64,000 bases of DNA from Lachnospiraceae bacterium (GCA_017431345.1 JAFRLH010000055.1:58229-122228); one strand, 5' to 3'. Numbered from the stretch's first letter, positions 23,962 to 34,181 are shown. Notes: generated from the letters alone by a model not told the origin. Made by a program: numbers and translations.

Positions 23962-26076
23962 ATGAATACGATCGAACAGAAGAACTACGAGAAGGTCTCT
24001 GCGCGTGTCAGAAGCGGAAAGATCACGGCGCAGAAGAGCTGGAAAATGATCAGAGAGCTGAATTCCTTCAGCGACGAGAGGCTTGATAAAGCTGCCCTCA
24101 TTACCGGTAAGCGCACATTCACATACCGCCAGCTGTTCAGGCAGTGGGAACGCTATGCGGAAGCGTTCTCAGGTCTGGGGATTACCTGGAGAAAGCATTC
24201 CAGAGTCGGAGTAGTATCCACCCCCTCCGCCGAATCCGTGTTCACTTTTTACGGGCTGAACATGACAGGCGCTTCCGTATCCATGATCCACATGCTGGAT
24301 GTACTGGAAAGTTCCCGTTTTGACATAATGATCCGCAAAGAAGGGCTCACAGATCTTATTTTCAGCGATATTGCCGTAAATCCCGCGCTGGTACGGCGTA
24401 TTGCGGAAAACAAAGAGTCACTCGGCCTCCGCAATATTATCATTTCACAGAATACTGTGGCAGGCCCCTTTGCTCCCCCTGAGCTGAAGCTGCACAGCAG
24501 GATGATCCACAGACAGTTAAAGACGATCCCCGGCGTCCTGTTCATGGATGACCTTCTTGAAGAATACGAAGCCCATCCCATTGTTTACGGACGCAGCGCT
24601 TCTGCGGAAGACGCGCTCATCATTCATACTTCAGGGACCACGAGCGGGATCCATAAGCCTGTTCCCTTTTCTGATCAGGCATTTAACGAATCTGTCTCCA
24701 GGCTTTTGACAGACGAAAGGTTCCGTTTTATGGAGGGAACTGCCGTCTCATTCCTGGGAATGGAACTGGCCGCGTCTTATGCTGTCATGGACATGATGCA
24801 TCTTCCGCTTTCCTTTGGCGGTGCTATTGTAACGATTCCCATGGGCATCTTTAATCCGTTGATGGGGAAGGCTATTCCGCATTACGGCGTGAATATCATG
24901 TTCGGGTCTCCCGGCATGATCGAAGACTGGATCAGAGTCCCGGAAAAACCGGATCTGTCCTCGCTCGCCTTTATCTTCCTTGGCGGCGTATATGTCTCGC
25001 TGGACGAAAAACGCCGGCTGGATAATTATCTTGCAGAATGCGGCTGCAAAGTCCGTACTACGATCGGTTACGGACTTACCGAAGCAGGGGCTGCTGTCAT
25101 CATTTCGGATGCAGAACGCACAGACGATGCCATCGGATTTCCGCTGCAGGGAGTAAAGGTCCTGATCTGCGATGAAGAGGACGGAAAATTCTATACGCCG
25201 GAAGACGGGCCCCATACCGGCACCCTTTTCCTGTCGACGCCGTCTTTAAGCAGCGGCAGGATCGATGACGAAGTCTTTTTTACGCTTGATGAAATAGACG
25301 GAGAGTCTTTCCTGAACACCTATGACAAGGTGACAGTCTATGAAGACGGCAGCCTTTGCTGCATCGGCAGGACAGACAAATACTTCGTGAATAATGAAGG
25401 CGTCCGGTTCGACGCAGGGATCGTGGAAACCGCGGTGGCAGCGCAGCCGGGGATCAGGGCCTGCGCGCTCGCTCCCGGATTTGACAAACTTCTTCACGAT
25501 ACGATTCCCGTCCTGTATGTCAGTACAACGGTGGCCGGCCGCGGTGCCGCAGGCGTCGTCCGCCAGGCTCTGTGCAATGCTTTCATAAAGGAGAACAGAA
25601 TACAGGAAACAAATCTTCCGGGACAATGCGTCATCACGGAGAAGATCCCATTCACGGAGACCGGGAAGGTAGATGTGCACAAGATCTTAAAGGCCGGGAT
25701 CAACGGAAAACGATTTACCGTGACGCCTGTACGGATCCGGGGGAAGCTTACAGATGTAACGCTTATTCCCGCTCCCGACTCGGTCCAAGAAAAGATCGGC
25801 TTATGGACAGGGCTCCCTGAAGAACTGGAAATGAATGCAGATGTTCTCAAAACGGCTTTCACACCTGCTTTTGAACGCGCCAAATCCGGTAAGAACAGGG
25901 CTTTCGCCCCGCCGGTCCCGCCCGGGAAGTCCGGAGAACAGGGCTTTCGGAATTTTGATCCGCGCAGGAAGCATCTTCAATTTACGATCATGCTTCTGCA
26001 GCATTCCCTGGAATTCTGCCGCAGACTGCAGGGATCGATCGCGCCTGAACCTGAAGATGATGACACATTTTCGTAA
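23962..26076 (+). CDS. Divergent adenylate-forming (AMP-binding/ANL superfamily) enzyme, paralog A
   Basis: 704 aa. Motifs are IIHTSGTTSGIHKP (A3-like), IGYGLTEAG (A5), IGRTDKYFVNNEGVRF (A8) and PFTETGKVD (A10 Lys). About 120 aa of non-catalytic C-terminal extension follow. Confidence 0.8.
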   Translation: MNTIEQKNYEKVSARVRSGKITAQKSWKMIRELNSFSDERLDKAALITGKRTFTYRQLFRQWERYAEAFSGLGITWRKHSRVGVVSTPSAESVFTFYGLNMTGASVSMIHMLDVLESSRFDIMIRKEGLTDLIFSDIAVNPALVRRIAENKESLGLRNIIISQNTVAGPFAPPELKLHSRMIHRQLKTIPGVLFMDDLLEEYEAHPIVYGRSASAEDALIIHTSGTTSGIHKPVPFSDQAFNESVSRLLTDERFRFMEGTAVSFLGMELAASYAVMDMMHLPLSFGGAIVTIPMGIFNPLMGKAIPHYGVNIMFGSPGMIEDWIRVPEKPDLSSLAFIFLGGVYVSLDEKRRLDNYLAECGCKVRTTIGYGLTEAGAAVIISDAERTDDAIGFPLQGVKVLICDEEDGKFYTPEDGPHTGTLFLSTPSLSSGRIDDEVFFTLDEIDGESFLNTYDKVTVYEDGSLCCIGRTDKYFVNNEGVRFDAGIVETAVAAQPGIRACALAPGFDKLLHDTIPVLYVSTTVAGRGAAGVVRQALCNAFIKENRIQETNLPGQCVITEKIPFTETGKVDVHKILKAGINGKRFTVTPVRIRGKLTDVTLIPAPDSVQEKIGLWTGLPEELEMNADVLKTAFTPAFERAKSGKNRAFAPPVPPGKSGEQGFRNFDPRRKHLQFTIMLLQHSLEFCRRLQGSIAPEPEDDDTFS

Positions 26077-26133
26077 GATACCGATATGATCTGCGAGAAG
26101 AGAAAAACATATGAAAAGGAGATCTGTCACACC

Positions 26134-28920
26134 ATGACAAAAGCGGAAGAAAAAAAATATGCAGCACTCTCTGCGCGTATCGCGAGCGGCGAGATCGCGG
26201 ACCAGAAAAGCTGGAAAATGATCCGGGAACTGAATTCCTTCAGTGAGGAACGCCTGAATTCCGTTGCTATGATCGACTGCACGCGCAAGTACACCTACCG
26301 CCAGATGTTCAGGCAGTGGGAACGGTATGCAGAGGTGTTCTCCGCCCTTAATATTACCGGAAAGAACAACTCCCGGGCAGGCATGCTTTCCGCTCCTGCC
26401 GTTGAATCCGTCTTTGCCTTTTACGGTCTGAACATGACCGGCGCATCCGTTTCCATGATCAGCACGACCGATGCGCTGAATCTGGACCTCCTCGAAAAAA
26501 TGATCCCGGAGGAAGGCATTACGGATCTTCTTCTTACCGATACGATCCTGCAGCCCGAACTGTTCCGGCGTCTGATTGCTGAACAGGAGGCGCTTGGGCT
26601 CCGCAATATCATTGTGCTCCACTGGGAACTTACAGGCCCCTATGTCACCCGGAATCTTAACCTGTACAGTAAGAATCATTATAAGCAGATCAAAAAGATC
26701 CCCGGCGTTGTTCTTATGGACGACCTGCTTGACCAATACGAGGCAGCACCTATTGTCTACGGCCCCGCTCATTCTGAAGAAGCTGCCCTGATCCTTCACA
26801 CCTCCGGAACGACCAGCGGGATCCACAAACCGATCCCGCATTCTGACCTGGGGTTCAATGAAGCCGTTGCCAGGCTGCTGCGGGACGACCGTTTTAAATA
26901 CCTGGCCGGCAATGCAAGGACCTTCCTCGGGCTTGATCTTTCAGCCTCTTTCGCCATGATGGATATGCTGCATCTGCCGCTCGCTTTCGGCGGCACTGTC
27001 GTTTCGATCCCCATGGGCTTCTATAATACCGCTGTCGCAAGAGCGATCAAAGATTTTGATATCAATGTTCTGTTCGGCGGCGGATTCCTGCTGCCCCAGA
27101 TGATGCGCAGCCCGATCAGGCCCGATCTGTCTCCTCTTGAACTGTGCTTCATCGGCGGTGTATATACTTCGGCGGACAGAAAGAAACAGTATGAGGAGTT
27201 CCTTGAAAAATGCGGTTCGAAAGCCCGTATTACCATCGGATACGGCCTGTCTGAAGCAGGCGCCGCTGTCATTATCGCCGACCCGGAAAGAACGGACGAT
27301 GCGATCGGCTATCCTCTTCCCGGCGTGAAGGTAAAGATCTATGACGAAGAAGAGGAAAAATACTATTCACTGGAAGACGGGCCGCATACAGGCGTCCTGT
27401 TCCTCTCCTCCCCTTCTGTCAGCAGCGGCAAAATCGATGACAAGGTGTTCTTTACCCTGGAAGAGATCGACGGGGAAGAATATCTGAACACCTATGATCT
27501 GGTTACAGTCAATGAGGACGGCAGCCTCACCTGTATCGGAAGAGCCAACAAGTATTTCGTGAACAACGAAGGCATTCGTTTTGACGCGGGGCTTGTGGAA
27601 ACGGCGGTTTCGGCACAGCCCGGGATCATCTCCTGCGGCCTGGCGCCGATCTATGAGAAGAGCATCCATGACACGGTCCCTGTCCTCTATGTACATGCCG
27701 AAGGGAATCCTGCTGCCGCCATGCGGACAGTCCATCAGGCTCTTCTGAATGTCTTCATAAAGGAGAACAGGATCGTGGATACGAACCTGCCGGGCCAGTG
27801 CGTGATCACGGACCGTATCCCGATGACGACGACAGGGAAAGTCGATGTTTATGCGATCATAAAAGAAGGCGTAAAAGGACCGGTATACATGGTAACGCCG
27901 ATCCGCAGGCAGGGTAAGCTGATCGATATCGGTCTCGTTCCCGTTCCGAAGAAAGCCGACAGTCATGCAGTTCTTTCAGGCATGCCCGATGAGCTTCATT
28001 TCGGGAAGGATTTAAGGCAGGCTGTGGGATTATTCTTCCCCGGTCTCGACCGTGCGGCGCAATCCGGAGACTGCCGGCAGGCACACGAGCCGATGCGCGG
28101 ACCGATGCGGCCTCCGTTCTTTGACAATATGAGGCAGGGGAACGGCCCCATGCGTGCGCCTTTCTTCGGGAACCGTATGCCGAACCGCTTCCCCATGACT
28201 CCTCCCTGGTTCGAAAACCGGCAGCAGAACCAGGACGGACAGGCTTATAGCGATCCCCGTCAGTACGGACTGGAGATGGTCATCCAGTTCCTGCAGAATA
28301 TGATCGATGTGTGCCAGCAGATGGAGAACATGCCTTCCCCCGGCGATGGCTATCAGCCTCCTCAGGGGCAGCAGGGCTTCATGCCTGGCAATGGCTATCA
28401 GCCTCCCCAGGGGCAGCAGGGCTTCATGCCCGGCAATGGCTACCAGCCTCCCCAGGGGCAGCAGGGTTATATGCCCGGCAATGGCTATGAACCTCCCCAG
28501 GGGCAGCATGGCTTCATGCCAGGCGATGGCTATCAGCCTCCTCAGGGACAGCAGGACTTCATGCCCGGCAACGGCTATCAACCTCCTCAGGGACAGCAGG
28601 GCTTCATGCCAGGCAATGGCTATCAGCCTCCCCAGGGACAGCAGGGCTTTATGCCCGGTGATGGTTACCAGCCTCCTCAGGGGCAGCAGGGCTTCATGCC
28701 CGGCAATGGCTATCAGCCTCCCCAGGAACAGCAGGGCTTCATGCCCGGCAACGGTTACCAGCCTCCCCAGGGACAGGGAATGCCTATGCCCCGGATGGGC
28801 TTCATGCCGCAGGGCAGCCAGAACGGATCAGATCCCGGGCCCATGATGAGAGACTTCGTCTTTGATATACTCCGCAAACTGTTCTATGCCTCTGATACAG
28901 ATTATTTCTATGAGGATTAA
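26134..28920 (+). CDS. Divergent adenylate-forming (ANL) enzyme, paralog B, with a long Q/P/G/M-rich repeat tail
   Basis: It has the same motifs as paralog A: ILHTSGTTSGIHKP, IGYGLSEAG, IGRANKYFVNNEGIRF and PMTTTGKVD. The N-terminus MTKAEEKKYAALSARIASGEIADQKSWKMIRELN aligns with paralog A. The track ORF begins at 26086. Confidence 0.8.
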   Translation: MTKAEEKKYAALSARIASGEIADQKSWKMIRELNSFSEERLNSVAMIDCTRKYTYRQMFRQWERYAEVFSALNITGKNNSRAGMLSAPAVESVFAFYGLNMTGASVSMISTTDALNLDLLEKMIPEEGITDLLLTDTILQPELFRRLIAEQEALGLRNIIVLHWELTGPYVTRNLNLYSKNHYKQIKKIPGVVLMDDLLDQYEAAPIVYGPAHSEEAALILHTSGTTSGIHKPIPHSDLGFNEAVARLLRDDRFKYLAGNARTFLGLDLSASFAMMDMLHLPLAFGGTVVSIPMGFYNTAVARAIKDFDINVLFGGGFLLPQMMRSPIRPDLSPLELCFIGGVYTSADRKKQYEEFLEKCGSKARITIGYGLSEAGAAVIIADPERTDDAIGYPLPGVKVKIYDEEEEKYYSLEDGPHTGVLFLSSPSVSSGKIDDKVFFTLEEIDGEEYLNTYDLVTVNEDGSLTCIGRANKYFVNNEGIRFDAGLVETAVSAQPGIISCGLAPIYEKSIHDTVPVLYVHAEGNPAAAMRTVHQALLNVFIKENRIVDTNLPGQCVITDRIPMTTTGKVDVYAIIKEGVKGPVYMVTPIRRQGKLIDIGLVPVPKKADSHAVLSGMPDELHFGKDLRQAVGLFFPGLDRAAQSGDCRQAHEPMRGPMRPPFFDNMRQGNGPMRAPFFGNRMPNRFPMTPPWFENRQQNQDGQAYSDPRQYGLEMVIQFLQNMIDVCQQMENMPSPGDGYQPPQGQQGFMPGNGYQPPQGQQGFMPGNGYQPPQGQQGYMPGNGYEPPQGQHGFMPGDGYQPPQGQQDFMPGNGYQPPQGQQGFMPGNGYQPPQGQQGFMPGDGYQPPQGQQGFMPGNGYQPPQEQQGFMPGNGYQPPQGQGMPMPRMGFMPQGSQNGSDPGPMMRDFVFDILRKLFYASDTDYFYED
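28342..28791 (+). repeat. 45-bp in-frame tandem repeat, about 10 copies, encoding G(N/D)GYQPPQGQQGFMP
   Basis: ggc(a/g)atggctatcagcctcc(t/c)caggggcagcagggcttcatgcc(t/c) repeats head-to-tail from 28342. The copies differ by a few substitutions only. Confidence 0.95.
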
Positions 28921-28950
28921 GGAGTTGGTAAATCTCCCGTGAACAGGATA

Positions 28951-28988
28951 AGCCGCCGCCCGATCCACTCGGGCGGCGGCTTTTTTTG
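28951..28988 (+). terminator. Rho-independent terminator of the adenylase operon
   Basis: AGCCGCCGCCCG-atccact-CGGGCGGCGGCT followed by TTTTTTT. Confidence 0.85.
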
Positions 28989-29020
28989 CACAATTCTTTC
29001 TTATTCTGTTCCGGCAGTCA

Positions 29021-29677
29021 TCAATCGTCGCCGAAGACCGCGCGGTAATCCGCCTGGAACTTGGCAATGCCCTGATCCGTCAGCGGATGTTTCGTCATCT
29101 GCTCAATGACTTTGTAAGGAACCGTCGCGATATCTGCGCCTGCAAGTGCGCTGGCGGATACATGGATCGTATTGCGGATGCTGGCGGAGATGATCTGGGT
29201 CTCGATCTCATGGATCGCGAACATCTCTGCGATGTCTTTGATCAGATCAATGCCCGGCATATTGATATCATCGAGCCTGCCGACAAACGGAGAAACATAC
29301 GTTGCGCCGGCACGGGCTGCAAGCAGCGCCTGGTTCACGGAGAAGATCAGTGTGACATTGGTCTTGATACCTTCCGCGGACAGCACTTTGACGGCCTTCA
29401 GGCCTTCCGCTGTCATAGGGATCTTTACGACCATATTCGGATGGATCGCGGCGATCTCCCGTCCTTCCCTGATCATGCCTTCCGCATCTGTCGTCGTCGC
29501 TTTGACTTCTCCGCTGATCGGTCCGTCCACGATCGAAGCGATCTCCGCGATGACCTCATTGAAATTCCTGCCTTCCTTCGCGATCAGCGAAGGATTGGTG
29601 GTGACGCCGCAGATGACGCCCATGTCATTTGCTTTTCTGATGTCTTCTACATTCGCAGTATCAATGAATAATTTCAT
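29021..29677 (-). CDS. fsa: Fructose-6-phosphate aldolase / transaldolase (class 3B)
   Basis: [37 protein letters not shown]...VVKIPMT...NVTLIFS. Start placed at 29677, the track M21. Confidence 0.85.
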   Translation of the reverse strand: MKLFIDTANVEDIRKANDMGVICGVTTNPSLIAKEGRNFNEVIAEIASIVDGPISGEVKATTTDAEGMIREGREIAAIHPNMVVKIPMTAEGLKAVKVLSAEGIKTNVTLIFSVNQALLAARAGATYVSPFVGRLDDINMPGIDLIKDIAEMFAIHEIETQIISASIRNTIHVSASALAGADIATVPYKVIEQMTKHPLTDQGIAKFQADYRAVFGDD

Positions 29678-30187
29678 TTCTGCCTCCTTTTTGGTGTTCA
29701 GCGGGAAATGAATCCGCTGACGGTCTCCATGTGCCATCCCCTATACTGCAGGATCATACTTCCCTGTCCTGCCGCAGGACAGGGATATCTTCTTTTCAAG
29801 TATATCTTTATACCGCTGAAATGACAAGTAAAACACCTCTCTATTTTTTAATGAATGTCCTATCTTCTCCGAAGGAATCCCTGACGACCAGCATCTGCGG
29901 CTCTTTAGAACTGAATTCGTTGTCAACATCCTCCTCGCTGGAGACCGCCCTGTTGACATAGGCGACCGGAAGATGGCTTTCCTGCACTGCATTCTTCAGT
30001 TCATACAGGACCTCTTCATCCCTGACTTTCATGGTGCAGGTTCCCGACTATTTTGTGCAGCAGGATTACTGTCGTGATTTTTATGCTGTTTCAGCAATTT
30101 TTAGAATGCATTTTTCCCTTGTATCGGTTACAATATAAAGTGATCTCGTTTGTTTTACAGCAATAGAATATTATCGGGAGAAAATCA

Positions 30188-31825
30188 ATGACAGTCTATG
30201 AATTCTTTACCCTCATGGGCGGCGTCGGCCTGTTCCTCTATGGAATGAGCATCATGTCCACCGGCTTAAAAGGCGCGGCCGGTGACAAGATGCAGACCAT
30301 TCTGGAACACGCCACGACGAACCGCTATCTGGCCGTCTTCGTTGGAATTCTCGTAACCTTACTGATCCAGAGTTCCTCCGCCACGGATATGATGGTCATC
30401 AGCTTTGTCAATTCCGGGCTGATGACGCTGGCGCAGGCGATCGGCGTGATCATGGGCGCCAATATCGGTACCACGGTCACGGCGCAGATCACGGCGTTCA
30501 ATCTTGGCGCGTACGCTCCGATGATTCTTTTTGTCGGCGCAGTTATGTACCTGTTCCTGAAAAAAAATACCGTGAAGTATATCGGTTCCATCATCATGGG
30601 TTTCGGCATGCTCTTCTTCGGCATTGCGCTGATCAAGCAGGCCATTGTGCCGCTTTCCCAGAGCCCGGAATTTATCTCCTTCCTGTCTACCCTGGAGCAT
30701 CCGGCGGTCGCCGTGCTCTTCGGCGTATTGTTTACAGCGGTACTCCAAAGCTCCTCTTCATCTGTCGTTATCTTTCAGGCTTTTGCGGCACAGGGACTTC
30801 TGACGTTTGACATTACCGTCTATCTGGTGATCGGCGCCGCGATCGGTTCGGTAGCCCCGAATCTCCTTGCTTCCCTGACCACGAACCGGAACGGAAAACG
30901 TACTGCGATCCTGAACCTGCTTTTCAATCTGATCCGCGCGGCGATCATTATCCTGCTGATCAACCTGTTCCCGCCGTTCCTGGAATTCATCCGGAACCTG
31001 ACGCCGAACAGCGTGGGACGGCAGGTCGCGAACGCCCATACGATCTTCGCGATCCTGGCAGTCCTGATCGAGTTCCCGTTAGCGGGAGTGATCGTTTCCA
31101 TGGCGAAGAAGATCATCCCGATGAAAGAGGAGGAAAGCCGCCAGCTGGAGAACCGCCAGCTGAAGTATCTGAATCATCTGCCCGAAGTGCTGCCTTCTTC
31201 GGTAGCCCTGCAGCAGTCGCGCCGTGAGATCGCCCGCATGGGACACATTACGCTGGACAGCATCCATGAAGCGATCGACTGTTTCTTCGAGCCGGATGAA
31301 AAGAAGATTGAAGATGTCATCGAGACGGAAGAAAGCGTGGATATCCTTACAGACGCCATCAGCCAGCGCCTGGTCGCGTTAAGAGCCCGGGATTACGGTC
31401 CGAAGGATGTTTATCAGCTGTCGCAGATGATGATGATCGTTTCCGATATCGAGCGTATCTCCGACCATGCGGAAAATATCGTGGAGTATGCAGAGCAGCT
31501 GCAGAGCAAGAAGGCTGTGATCTCCGAGACCGGCCGGAATGAGCTGAAGCGGCTCGCGAAAGCCGCCCAGACATCCCTTACGATGGCACTGGATATTTTC
31601 GAGAATGAAAAATACGACCTGCTTCCGGAAATGGAAGCGCTGGAACAGAATGTGGACGATCTGCAGGTCGAGGTCATCAACAATCATGTACAGCGTCTGA
31701 TGATCGTCGCGTGCGACCCCATGGGCGGCGTCATTTTCACCGATATGGCGACGAACCTGGAGCGCTGTTCCGACCATGCGCTGAATATCGCCACCGCGCT
31801 GGCACATATCCCCGAGGATCTGTAA
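30188..31825 (+). CDS. Na+/phosphate cotransporter family protein with C-terminal PhoU-like domains
   Basis: 545 aa with LFLYGMSIMSTGLK...QSSSATD...QSSSSSV duplicated motifs. The C-terminal ERISDHAENI / ERCSDHALNI segments are PhoU repeats. Confidence 0.85.
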   Translation: MTVYEFFTLMGGVGLFLYGMSIMSTGLKGAAGDKMQTILEHATTNRYLAVFVGILVTLLIQSSSATDMMVISFVNSGLMTLAQAIGVIMGANIGTTVTAQITAFNLGAYAPMILFVGAVMYLFLKKNTVKYIGSIIMGFGMLFFGIALIKQAIVPLSQSPEFISFLSTLEHPAVAVLFGVLFTAVLQSSSSSVVIFQAFAAQGLLTFDITVYLVIGAAIGSVAPNLLASLTTNRNGKRTAILNLLFNLIRAAIIILLINLFPPFLEFIRNLTPNSVGRQVANAHTIFAILAVLIEFPLAGVIVSMAKKIIPMKEEESRQLENRQLKYLNHLPEVLPSSVALQQSRREIARMGHITLDSIHEAIDCFFEPDEKKIEDVIETEESVDILTDAISQRLVALRARDYGPKDVYQLSQMMMIVSDIERISDHAENIVEYAEQLQSKKAVISETGRNELKRLAKAAQTSLTMALDIFENEKYDLLPEMEALEQNVDDLQVEVINNHVQRLMIVACDPMGGVIFTDMATNLERCSDHALNIATALAHIPEDL

Positions 31826-31854
31826 GCAGCACGAAATCATTTTCATCGAAATAC

Positions 31855-31881
31855 AAAAAACCGCCCGCAGGCGGTTTTTTT
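31855..31881. terminator. Bidirectional terminator between convergent genes
   Basis: AAAAAACCGCCCGCAGGCGGTTTTTTT. Confidence 0.85.
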
Positions 31882-31902
31882 GATGCTGCTGCACTGCTTC
31901 TC

Positions 31903-32553
31903 TTATCCGGCAAGCAGTGTGTACATCGCAATAAAATGGCACAGGCTGCCCGCCAGTACAAACACATGAAACAGTTCATGATTCCCAAAGAACTTTCTCT
32001 GCGGGAAAAGCGGAATCCTGCAGGCATAAATGATGCCGCCGGCGGTATAAATAATCCCTCCGGCAAGAAGCCAGAGGAACACCTGATGCGGAAGGAGCCG
32101 CACCAGATCACCGAATACAAAGACACAGATCCATCCCATCAGGATGTAAATAACGGAAGAGAACCATTTCGGACAGGTGATCCAGACCCCCTTGGTGATC
32201 ATGCCTGCCAGCGCCAGGATCCACACCGCCGCCAGCATGATCCATCCTTTTGTTTCGTCCAGCACCAGCAGGCAGAAGGGCGTATAACAGCCGGCGATCA
32301 TGACAAAGATCATCATATGATCGATCTTCCGGAAGATCCTGAGCGTCCTGTCCTTCACGCAGACAGAATGATAAAGCGTACTTGCCGTATAAAGCAGAAA
32401 CATACAGGATGTAAAAACAGCGGTCGCGATGACAGCGCGTCTGTCACCCGTAAGCAATGCGCGGAACATGAGCGGAAACGCCACTGCCGCGCTCGCGATG
32501 ACGCCGGCAAAATGCGTCAGCGCGCTTCCCGGTTCCCTGATGAGGTCCGTCAT
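31903..32553 (-). CDS. Hemolysin III / PAQR family channel protein
   Basis: MTDLIREPGSALTHFAGVI...STLYHS...DHMMIFVMIAGCYTPF...HELFHVFVLAGSLCHF. Confidence 0.8.
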   Translation of the reverse strand: MTDLIREPGSALTHFAGVIASAAVAFPLMFRALLTGDRRAVIATAVFTSCMFLLYTASTLYHSVCVKDRTLRIFRKIDHMMIFVMIAGCYTPFCLLVLDETKGWIMLAAVWILALAGMITKGVWITCPKWFSSVIYILMGWICVFVFGDLVRLLPHQVFLWLLAGGIIYTAGGIIYACRIPLFPQRKFFGNHELFHVFVLAGSLCHFIAMYTLLAG

Positions 32554-32854
32554 AAGATCCTCCTTTCCGGAATATTCCAAAGCCGCTTTGAAATGCGGTT
32601 TTGAAATGCCTGTTATCGGTTTTTCAATATCTCTTCAAAAGATATTTTAAACTTTGTAAATGCAGATGTCAAGCTTTTAGAATACTTTTAACAGGTTTTT
32701 CATTATCCTTTTATCGGATCTACGTTGACTTATCACGGCGCCGGCATTATACTTTCATCAGAACCCCTTGCCTGTGTCCAGGACAGCTCCGGAGCAATTC
32801 TGCCGGACAGCACATCCTGCAGAACCCCTGTCTGTCATTACGGAAGGAGCAGCC

Positions 32855-33373
32855 ATGCAGCAGCAGATCAAAGAAATGATCGCCGCGGAGATATCGGCAT
32901 TCCGTCTTCCCCGCTACGATGATATCCCCAATGTCGGCCTGTATCTTGAACAGACGGTCCATTATATCTGTGAATATCTGGACCCGCTGTATCACAACGC
33001 CGTGACCGGCCCGATGATCAGCAATTACGTGAAAAAGAAAATAGTCGCCAACCCGATCCGGAAGCAGTACGGCAGGGAACAGATCGCGGAACTGCTGTTC
33101 ATTACCGTTGCAAAATCGATCCTCTCTCTGGACAATATCTCGGTCCTCCTTACCATCCGCAAGGAACGTTACGGCATAAAAGAAGCCTACAACGAGTTCT
33201 GTGAGATCCTCGAGCAGGCTGTGAAGCAGGCGTTCGGCCTGTGTGCAGATACATTTCCGGAAGATGTCCCGGAAGATAAGGAGATCCTGCGAAATACGCT
33301 GATCGCGGCGGCGAACAAGCTCTATCTGGAGCAGTGGATCAGCCGCTATGCCAGGGAAGAAGAGAAGATCTGA
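32855..33373 (+). CDS. DUF1836 domain protein
   Basis: MQQQIKEMIAAEISAFRLPRYDDIPNVGLYLEQTV...MISNYVKKKIVANPIRKQYGREQIAELL. A GGAAGGAG RBS precedes ATG 32855. Confidence 0.7.
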   Translation: MQQQIKEMIAAEISAFRLPRYDDIPNVGLYLEQTVHYICEYLDPLYHNAVTGPMISNYVKKKIVANPIRKQYGREQIAELLFITVAKSILSLDNISVLLTIRKERYGIKEAYNEFCEILEQAVKQAFGLCADTFPEDVPEDKEILRNTLIAAANKLYLEQWISRYAREEEKI

Positions 33374-33401
33374 GGCTGAAGGAAATACCCATTACGGATT
33401 T

Positions 33402-34181
33402 TCATCTCATACAGCCGTACCAGAACTGAATCGCTTTACCGATCCACCCTTCCGCAGACGTACCGCTTCCGAGGCCGACGCCGTGGCCGACCCCCGGGAA
33501 TATCTCGCTTTTATAGATCACACCCTCTGCCGCAAGCGCCTCGGCCATGCGCAGGGTATTTTCCGGCTGCACGGTCTCATCCGCATCTCCGGTCCAGATG
33601 TAAGTGGGCGGGTAGGCATCCGTCACATGCTCTTCCACGCTCGTGAACATTTCCCCTCTCAGGGAAGCATCCTGGCCGAGCAGATTGTCATGCGTATCCT
33701 TCTGTGTATATTCTTTCAGCATGGAAATGACCGGATAGATCAGGATCATCGCTTCCGGCTTCGGCAGGGAATATTTTGCATAGCCCATGTTCTGCGTGCC
33801 GAAGGAAGCTGCCAGATGACCGCCGGCAGACGAGCCCCAGACGCTGTAATGATCCGTATCAAGGCCGAACCGTTCGCTGTTCTTAAAGATGTACTTCACA
33901 GCCCGTGCCAGATCTCTCTGCGGCGCGGGAAATCTTGCCATCTCCTTTGTATGATAATAAACGATAAAGGCGGAGATCCCGTGCCTGTTCAGTTCCCTTG
34001 CAAAAGGAACACCTTCTATGTAGCTGCATACTTTTGCATAAGCGCCTCCCGGGGCGATCACGGCAAAAGGATGCTTTTTCCCGTCGCGGATCACGAAACG
34101 GGTATCCAGCCGGCATTTATTGGGCTGAAAAAGATCGCGGATGTACTGTTTCAGGTCAGCATCAACTGGCAGTCCGAACAT
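33402..34181 (-). CDS. Alpha/beta hydrolase (esterase)
   Basis: 259 aa with the VWGSSAGGHLAA nucleophile elbow and PTYIWTGDADETV. Confidence 0.75.
   Translation of the reverse strand: MFGLPVDADLKQYIRDLFQPNKCRLDTRFVIRDGKKHPFAVIAPGGAYAKVCSYIEGVPFARELNRHGISAFIVYYHTKEMARFPAPQRDLARAVKYIFKNSERFGLDTDHYSVWGSSAGGHLAASFGTQNMGYAKYSLPKPEAMILIYPVISMLKEYTQKDTHDNLLGQDASLRGEMFTSVEEHVTDAYPPTYIWTGDADETVQPENTLRMAEALAAEGVIYKSEIFPGVGHGVGLGSGTSAEGWIGKAIQFWYGCMR

Noticed and set aside
25801-26841. 346-aa minus-strand ORF and several 100-200-aa ORFs antisense to the adenylase genes.
   Set aside because: They overlap CDS with clear ANL motifs, they span the intergenic gap between the two paralogs, and they have no recognisable domains.
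29841-30032. 63-aa minus-strand ORF (MKVRDEEVLYELKNAVQESHLPVAYVN...) between fsa and the Na/Pi transporter.
   Set aside because: The sequence looks protein-like. However, no RBS precedes the ATG, and the nearby hairpin (29771-29795) has its T-tract on the opposite strand. The evidence is insufficient.
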